From the human T2T-CHM13v2.0 reference genome, Homo sapiens, in NCBI RefSeq assembly GCF_009914755.1, contig NC_060928.1: 64,000 bases of DNA; one strand, 5' to 3'. A program made the translations under genes and the position numbers. This document shows positions 55,970 to 64,000 of the stretch, piece by piece. A model generated the notes under the pieces. The model did no database searches, was not told the DNA's origin, and was given only the letters and a program-made list of their open reading frames with translations. How positions within the stretch are numbered: position 1 is the first letter of the stretch; each line of letters starts with the position of its first letter.

Positions 55970-56420
55970 GGTTACCTTCCCACCTGCTCTCCTTAGATAT
56001 TCCCTCTCCTCCATATGGCCTCTTTTTAGAGGAGGCTGGTCCCATCCCTAGTGCCAATAATATGTTCCCATTCCCTTTGTCTGCAACTGGCTTATTCATG
56101 AACACATGATACAGCTCTGGTCAATGGGACTTCATTTCTTCTTTGATGAAAACAGACACATGGGAAGAAGCAGTTCTTTTTTCCCTAGACATTGTGCAAT
56201 AATGCCTAGCACTGCTTCAGGCATCTTGCTAAATAAGAAACACTTTCCCAAAGACAGCAAAGTAGAAAGAGAAGACATCCATCAATTAGTTGTTGAATTA
56301 ACTAGCCATGAAGTCCTTCCCACTTAGATGTCTTGGTATGTGAAATAGATTTTTTCTTATTGCTTAAGTCAATGGAGTTGGGGTTTTCTGCTTATAGCCA
56401 AGGGCAGTTTAATTAACGTA
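55970..56420 (+). mobile_element. Old ERVL/MaLR-type LTR remnant
   Basis: CATGATACAGCTCTGGTCAATGGGAC and TTATTGCTTAAG...GAGTTGGGGTTTTCTG 3' end. Confidence 0.45.
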
Positions 56421-57819
56421 TCTTAGTAATCAAAGAAATTATTACATAAAAGTAAATTCTTACATAAAAACAGGAACAGGAAGGAGAAGGGCAGTAATGT
56501 AAACTGTGGTGCAATACAGGAGGACCAGGCTTAGTGAAAGTATTTTTTCCTACTGAAGAGGTTCATCTCAAACAGTCCACCTTCCTTCTCCCTCTTGTGA
56601 GATGTTAAAGCAGATGCATGGAAAGTTTAGAAAAAGAATACAAAGTAACAAAACATAAAATGAAATGCAAACCCAGATTTCAGAAACACTTCTGTTAATA
56701 GAAACTTTGGCTTACAAATAAGATTTCTTGACGGTAATGTGTGAGTAAGCGTTACCAACCCAGAAGTAGAAACAACTAGCCCTTGAATGTGCTTTTTTGG
56801 GTCATCTTTGAAATTTCTGTAGTAAGTGACTTATACCTACTTTCAAGAACTTAGCAAAATAGAGATAAACTAAAGGGAAATCTTTCTTGACGTACTGCCA
56901 AACAAATATATTCTAAAGCTATTTGTTATGGTGAGAATGCTGTCTATTGTAAGTAATAGGAAAACTAACTGAAACTGACGTAAGCTTACATAATCAGGGA
57001 CTCCAAGGTAGACTGGATTCTGGGCCAGCTGGATCCAGGCTCAAAGTAATTAAGGTTCTTTCTTTTTCTCATCTCTTGACTCTGCCCATCCTTGAGAGAT
57101 ACAATACACTGATCCAATACTCCTCACATGCCCTGTCCTGGCATCAGGAGGAGGGGCTCACCTACCCTAGCCACCTAGACTAAGATGGAAGAGAATGTGA
57201 GTTTTGTCTCAAGAAGGGGAAAAGGATCCTGGGCAGGTACAATCAACAATAATTGTACATTACCTTACGAAAAAGGTACATTATCTTACAATTATTGCAC
57301 AACGAACTAGTGTTGAAATTGTAGCTTATTAATGGCAAATGTTTCAGGGAAAGGCTAATGCTAGTCAAAAGTCAAAGAATACTAAATCCAACATGAATTT
57401 ATTTCAAATTCACACATGTCTAAACCTCAAATGTAAATTGAAAAGGGAATGAAATTGAAGCTAGAGACATCATGTATATTACCAAATCAAAGTGACAGAT
57501 TAGAGATAACAAAGCAAGATCTCTGAGTGAAACTATCTATTACACTCCATCAAAGTGGCAATTAAAAAGCCCAGATGTAAAGTCACATAACTTTGATTGG
57601 GTTCATACCAACATGTCTGACTGCTCTTCGGAAAAGAAAATTTAATTAGGGAGTTGACGTCATATATTAGAAAGCAACAGCAATGTTTCATTCTTTCTCT
57701 TAAACAGTTTGTATTAAAATCTTCTAGTCACCAGATACTGAACATTCTAAGTTACTGGCAAAATTCCAAAAAGGAGTTGTGGTGAAATGGAAGGCATACT
57801 TCCAATTTCTAACTGCACC

Positions 57820-58115
57820 TTTTTTTTTTGAGATGGAGTCTCGCTTTGTCGCCCAGGCTGGAGTGCAGTGGTGCAATCTCGGCTCACTTTAACCTCCGCC
57901 TCCTGGGTTCAAGCGATTCTCCTGCTTCAGCCTCCTGAGTAGCTGTGATTACAGGCACACGCAGCCAGGCCCAGCTAATTTTTTAATGTATTTTTAGTAG
58001 AGATGGAGTTTCACCATGTTGGCCAGGCTGGTCTCGAACTCCTGACTTCAGGTGATCCACCCACCTCGGCCTCCTAAAATGTTGAGATTACAGGTGTGAG
58101 CCACCGCACCTGGCC
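57820..58115 (-). mobile_element. AluS (Sx/Sz-like)
   Basis: Reverse dimer with CCTGACTTCAGGTGATCC. Confidence 0.95.
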
Positions 58116-59359
58116 TGCTTTTTATTTAATATAGTTTTAGGGAGTCACCTTTTTAAGAACCAGCTCTTCAATCTGCCTGAATTTGAGATTGCCTCATTTT
58201 CATTGGCACGAGGACAAAGACATTTGTTTCTTTTCCCAAAATAACAAGACATCCTTTATTTCAAATAGAGGTAACTAGAAAACATTGCAGTAATTTATAG
58301 ATACCATGTAATTGTAAGACAACATGTTATACCAAAGGCTGAAGAAAAATTAGCTATTTAAGAAGTAGTTTATCTGAATCAAAATTATGGCATTGCTTTG
58401 CAAGGAGTTTTCTTGCATCTTATACAAACCAAACTCCTTTTTAAGTTATCACCTGATGAATTGTGTGATGTTAGTCAGTGCTGATGGGAAGCCATGGGAT
58501 GGGAGTGAAGGTCTTGACCAAATGAAGAGATATCTAAAAAAAAAAAAAAAGAAAAAAACCCCAGCTCACTCAATATCATCTTTTTATATCTTATTAAGCA
58601 AGCAGCACCCATCATCACAATATACAATAATAATATGTTACTAAGAGAAAAAAGGTATCTGAAACTAAAATTGACTGTGGACAGTTTTTCCTTAGAAGGA
58701 AGAGGTGTCATAATTCTTTTCAGTGGGGAAATAAATCTTTATACTGCTCCTTTCTTCTCACAGAGACTATAAAGGAGAGGAGAGAGGAGTGAGACCTGGA
58801 GCAGGGGCCTGTCATTCACAGTCTTCCATCATTCAAGAGGCAGCTTGATACTTAGTTGGGAGATAGAAGTTAGAGCGGCAGTGTTCTCTCCAACCCCGTC
58901 AACAGTAGGAAGAATCGTAGTTATTGTTGTTTTAGATGTTGTGGCAATAAAGGAGGCAGGCAAAGCAAGAGCTAAGCAACTTGGTGGGAAGTGACAGCTG
59001 GTGAAATAGCCAAGGGACTCCAGAAGAAGAAAGTTAAGCATTGTATTTCAAGTTGTCTGCCCTAGAAGTCTGTGATGCAACCTTTTTGCCATTCCTCTGA
59101 ATTATTAGTAAAAATTTGCTATACATTGTAATGCATTGTGTAATTTTTTTTGAGGGGCAGGGTATGGTTGAAATTCAAGGCAAGCAGCTTGAGTTCCACA
59201 TAGAAGGTAGTATTAATCAGAGAAATGGAGATAAGACATTGGTGAGCAAGAGTTCTGTAGAGCAGGAATACAGTCACAAACATAGCCAAAGTCGACACAG
59301 AAATTCTGGGAAGGAAATAGGATGGGGACTTCAGTTGATATCTGGATTACTCATATATA

Positions 59360-59575
59360 TTGAAAGGTCTACTGTGTACTAGGCTCTGGACTAGGTATTT
59401 ACATGTACTCTCTTGTTCATTCCTCTCAACAATTCCATGTGGTTTTGTTACTTTTCCCCCTTGACATAAAGAAATTGAGGCATAGAGACATTAAGTAACT
59501 TGCCAAAGGTCATAAATGCTGGTGCTATTATAAATGGAGCACAGAGATCTGCATGACACAAAAGCCCACGTCTGT
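59360..59575 (-). mobile_element. MIR
   Basis: GAAATTGAGGCATAGAGACATTAAGTAACTTGCCAAAGGTCA. Confidence 0.7.
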
Positions 59576-59919
59576 GTTAGTTTATACATACTCCCTGTCC
59601 AGGACCCTCATGGACTTTGCAGTACTGGTTGACATTCTTTGATCCACACTCTTTTCCCTTGGTATAAATAATTAAGTGCTGACTTTAAATGCTGCCCCAA
59701 ATTTCCAGTTATGTTCAGTTTTAAAAGAAATCTGTACTATTAATAATAGTTATTGATTATCTAGTTAGTATGTATGAAAGAAAAAAGAGGCATAATACCC
59801 AATTCCTAACCTTTTGAGATGTATAATTAAGTTGGGCAGATATGGTAAGTATTAACATAGAAATAAAAAGCCTTGTAGACATTCCAAGCCAAAAACCAAA
59901 GGCTCAGCTAATGTGGGGT

Positions 59920-60155
59920 AATGTAAAGTATGGAGTGAGAAATATACTATGGGATTCCTAGGTCAATTTCTCAGAAGCTGTGTGGGTTTGAGCAAGTGAC
60001 TTGACCTCTCAGTCATAGCTGCCTCACTGGCAATATGAGATGGGGAGATCCCCTGCCTTACCCATCATAGCATTGCTGTGAGTCTTAAGCGAGGTGACAA
60101 ATGGAAAAATTGCTTTGTAAACTGTAAAGACTTATATGAACTTCAGTTATTTATT
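59920..60155 (+). mobile_element. MIR
   Basis: GCTGTGTG..TTGAGCAAGTGACTTGACCTCTC...TGCTTTGTAAACTGTAAAG. Confidence 0.7.
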
Positions 60156-60559
60156 CTATAATTCTCCTGTAAACATGACTGTCTTCCAGATATTTGTTAA
60201 TGGCCCATCCTACCTCAATGGGAAAATACCATAAGGTAAGACTATAATGAGTATGTCTGAACAAAGCATCTGTTGTACCGAAGCACTACTTTCACCTATT
60301 GCTTATCTGCTCATGTTAAGAGAATGATTAGCAGGAGAGCAGGCAACAATTGCAGTGAGGAGTATTGGTGCTGACAAGGCAAAAAAGAACAACCATAGTC
60401 AACCAAAATCCTATCCTCTCCCATGCACTATCCCCTCCTCTGTTGGTTATGGAAACAGTCAGTTTTATACCCTGGCTTTTTCTCAAGTACACCTTTTTCT
60501 TCTCTGTATCAGCACTGCCTGACTTCAGGTCCTGGTTTCCTCTTGACTGGGCGTTGCAA

Positions 60560-61100
60560 CAGCCTATCAATCCATTTCCCATGCCACCACCAAGGGTTTC
60601 TTTCTAAAATGCAAATGTAATCACATTGCTCTCCAAATTAAAAATCCTCAGACTATCTTTCCAATGCCTGAATAAAGTTTAAACTCACCAAAACCTTTCA
60701 TAATCACTTTAGATAGGTAAAACTTGATTGTGAAAGGTTTTGGTGAGTTTGAATAAGGTATGATCAACTACACTGCCACAATTTTGGACTTGCCCTTCCC
60801 TGCCTTGTTCTACTGATGATTTGTCTTCCATCCTTCAAGACTCAGTCCTGGATCAACCTCCTCTTCACAGCCTTCTTCCCCATCTGCTCCCATCCCACAC
60901 CTAGAAGTAGAGTTAGGGGTTCTCTTTGATCCATTAACACATAAGGAATGCTCCTCTTACAGTATCTTCCACAGTTGGTATCATTACTTATTTTTCTGTC
61001 CACTAGACTATAAAGTCTTGAGGATGGTGACTTACTCGAATTTGAATCTCTGGCACCTAGTATATAATAGCTCCTTAATAAATGTTGAAAGAATAGATGT
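60560..61100 (+). mobile_element. L2 3' region
   Basis: TTTCTAAAATGCAAAT..AATCAC; CATCCTTCAAGACTCAG; CACTAGACTATAA..CTTGAGG; AATAAATGTTGAA. Confidence 0.7.
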
Positions 61101-62029
61101 ATTAACACTGACTTAAAACTTCCCCATACTAGTTTTTAAAATGACTACATTAGCAATGTATTATAGTAGCACAGCTTGCTTGTAATTTTCTGTCTTATGT
61201 ACTCAGCATGGAAATTTTTTCAATCAGAATAACTGAAGTTGTAATCATTTAAAAGAGGTATCACTAGCTAAATGGATTCTCGTGCTTAGAAAAATGTAAG
61301 AGTGCAGTGAAGAACAGAAAAATTCCATGAAGATATTTCTTTATCCTCATTTTCAGGTCAAATTCCCTTCTCTTGGAACTGGCAGTCAAGTTGTGACTTT
61401 ATTAATTATGGCATTACTGGCTGTGGCTATCAGCATATTGACACTGTCAAAAATATATAACTGTGAAAACCAGTAGGAATAAATGGAGCATGAAAAATGG
61501 AATGTTTCAGTATGAGAAACTCTCTAAAGGAAGAATTCCAGCGCCCAGAGACCACTATCTGGTCAAAATAGTTCCCTGACTGTGGGTATAAGTAAAAAAC
61601 ATTTCATTTATAGTGGGCAGTGTAGAGACGTCAGTGTGGGACATAGCTATTTTAGCTGCTTTTTTTCTGTGTAATGGCAAATATCACCATGTTCTATAGA
61701 AAAAGTAATTGAAGTGCATTAATCAGAGACTCACTCTCTGGGAAACCACAATTTACACTAGACTAAGTGATAACATGGAGGGGCCATTACATCAAAATTA
61801 GTCTGACTTTCTGTATCAGTGGGACTTTTTAAAAAAGGAAATTGGTAACCTTTCCCTTTTTCTCCTATTTTTTTTTTAGAGGCTTCCTTAAGTAGCATAT
61901 CTCCTTAAAATCCAAGAGTAAAATTTTGCTTTCTTGTAAAGGCTGGGATTATTGCTCTTTCTAAAGGACAGAGGAGACCTGCAGATGAAAGGTCAGGGCA
62001 GCATGATATCTTTTCCTTTTCATTGACTC

Positions 62030-62487
62030 TTTGAGTTCCCTAGCTTGTGCCCTCACCATCCTATGACTGGATCGTTGCAACTGCCTCAGGCACCTCCCAT
62101 CAGCTCAGCCTGCTGCTCCAGTCTTTGCTGGGTCACCCAGCTCTGCACAGGTTAACCTTGCAGCACCTGGCACATGGTGCTCCAACTGTGAGCCTCGCAC
62201 TTACAGCCTCAGAGTGTGTATGCAAGGGGGCGGGGTAAAAAAATGCTCCCCTTTTCCATCCCAGAGGTGGATCTGAGGCTCTTTCTACATGACCTGCAGA
62301 TGGTGCCATTGGCATGAAGCCCCAGTTACCAACTGGATAGCACACCATTGTATTTTCTGTCCTCCCCTCTTGTTTCACGCTCTACCAAGTTCTCCAGTCT
62401 TGTTCATTGAGACCACTTCTCCAAATGAACCACCTGTATGCAAACCTTGTCCCAGACCTCTGCCTTTGGGGACACCAAAGCTAAGCT
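62030..62487 (+). mobile_element. LTR16-family ERVL LTR
   Basis: GAAGCCCCAGTTACC and 3' end CCAAATGAACCACCTG..CAAACCTTGTCCCAG..TCTGCCTTTGGGGACACCAAAGCTAAG. Confidence 0.6.
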
Positions 62488-63189
62488 AGCCTTCAAGCTG
62501 GTCTGTAACAGACACACATTCTTCATTACTAAATGCAATGGGTAGAAGTATTTTTTTTATTTGTAATAATAAAGCTCAAATTTTCACTCCTATTTTGTAA
62601 TGCGGGGTGGAAGGAAGTAATTATTTAGTTCATTCAAGTGACTCAGATTCTTTTGGTTAAAGGAGTCTCTTTAGATTATGATAGTGTCCATTCCTTCAGC
62701 ATTTAAGCTTCACTATTCTGGATTCTCTCTCTCCCCTTCTCCTACACTTCTCTCTAGAGACCATGTAAATTCTCAGATACTTAATATCATTCTGGCATCT
62801 TTCTCTCCCTTCAGTGTTATTTGCTTTCTTGTTCACTAGGGCAATAATCCAGACTCTCTTTGTCTACTAATAATAAGAGGTTGTAGGGAAAAAATTACAC
62901 AAAAAGACAAATATGGCTAAAAATAATACAAAGATATTATTATTATTCCTCTTCAAGTCTCTCCCCTTTTCCCAATCAGTCTTCTACTATTATTGACTAG
63001 TGCCAGCGTTACCATGTCAGTTATCTACTAAGGAACCGACAATGGCTTCTAATAACCTATGATAGCTAGCCTGCACAGAACTTCTCTGCTTCCAGTTGTA
63101 CTTAAAGGCAGTGTCAATATCCTTTGAAGCGAAGGAGGTACATGGGGTACGAAAATTACAGTAATGTTAGGAGGGAAAAATGGGAACAG

Positions 63190-63848
63190 GGGAGGTGACC
63201 AGCAATTGCCATTAAAGTTTGCCTCTTCTTACTGTCCCTCATATGACCCCCTGCAACAAAAACAATGCTTGGTTCAGCAAGTAAGTTTGCTGTCAGGCAC
63301 ACAGATAAAATATATTTCTCAGGTTCCTTGCCGTTAGGTTGGGGCTGGCTGACTGCATTCTGGACAGTGGACAGCAGAAGCAATTTACACCATTGTTGGG
63401 GCTGGCCCATAAGAACCTCCCATTCACAATTCTCCGTTCAGTCATTTTCTTCTGTGGTAAACTTGGAAGCCATATGCAGAAGATGACCATGTCAAAACAT
63501 GAAATGAGCCTAGGGCCCTGAATAACTGGGTAGAGCTGGGTGGAGATGAACCCCTTATTTTCTCCTGATGCTCACCCCTACCATATCGAATTGGGATGTG
63601 AATAGCTCTATTAATTATGACATTATTGTCTGTTGCTATTAGTGTATCTACAATGTCAAAAGTGTGTAACTGTGAAAACCAGCAGGAGTAAAAAGAGCAT
63701 GGGAAATGGAATATTTCAGTATGTGAAACTCTCTAAAGAAAGAATTCCAGTGCCTTTAAATTATTATTTAAAGTTTTAAAGATTTATTGTGTTAAGCTAT
63801 TGAGATTTGGAGATTGTTTCAGCAGCTAGTTTTATTTACCCTAATATA
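63190..63848 (+). mobile_element. MLT1 (G/H-like) LTR interrupted by a duplicated segment
   Basis: ATATTTCTCAGGTTCCTTGCCGTTAGGT...; terminal TTTATTGTGTTAAGCTATTGAGATTTGG...CAGCAGCTAG...CTAATATA. Confidence 0.65.
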
Positions 63849-64000
63849 CCTCTCAGTATTGTGCATGGAAATCCTCTTGCCCCAAATGGATATTCTCGTC
63901 CCTTATTTTTTTTCTAATCAAAATCGCACCAACTTTCAAAGGCCCAGCTAAAGTCATATCTGACCCACAAACTTTTCAATGATCTCTACAGCTCATGGTG

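Overview
Human (primate) genomic DNA. The only protein-coding feature is coding exon 1 of TRPC3, long isoform (MSTKVRKCKEQ...GPDL), on the minus strand at 15504-15718. It lies in a CpG island (~14.2-16.1 kb) and ends at a GTGAGT phase-2 donor. Positions 1-15503 are part of intron 1; exon 2 is left of the window. From ~16.1 to 64 kb is the upstream, gene-free, repeat-rich flank: Alu/FLAM, MIR, L2, HAL1/L1M, MaLR LTRs (MLT1/MST/THE1), MLT2, LTR47, LTR16, and MER5/MER30/MER44/MER45 DNA transposons. Repeat subfamilies were assigned by eye from remembered consensus sequences, so boundaries are approximate. I see no evidence of a new gene or multi-gene system. The best leads are: (i) an ATF4-like uORF layout in the TRPC3 leader, with a single TAA separating a 60-aa uORF from the in-frame CDS; (ii) two ~140-bp local copies, each pasted 1.4-2.2 kb away into an LTR; (iii) several inverted-repeat/template-switch scars, including a 70-nt near-perfect hairpin; (iv) a motif-dense, CpG-retaining candidate distal enhancer near 53.9 kb.
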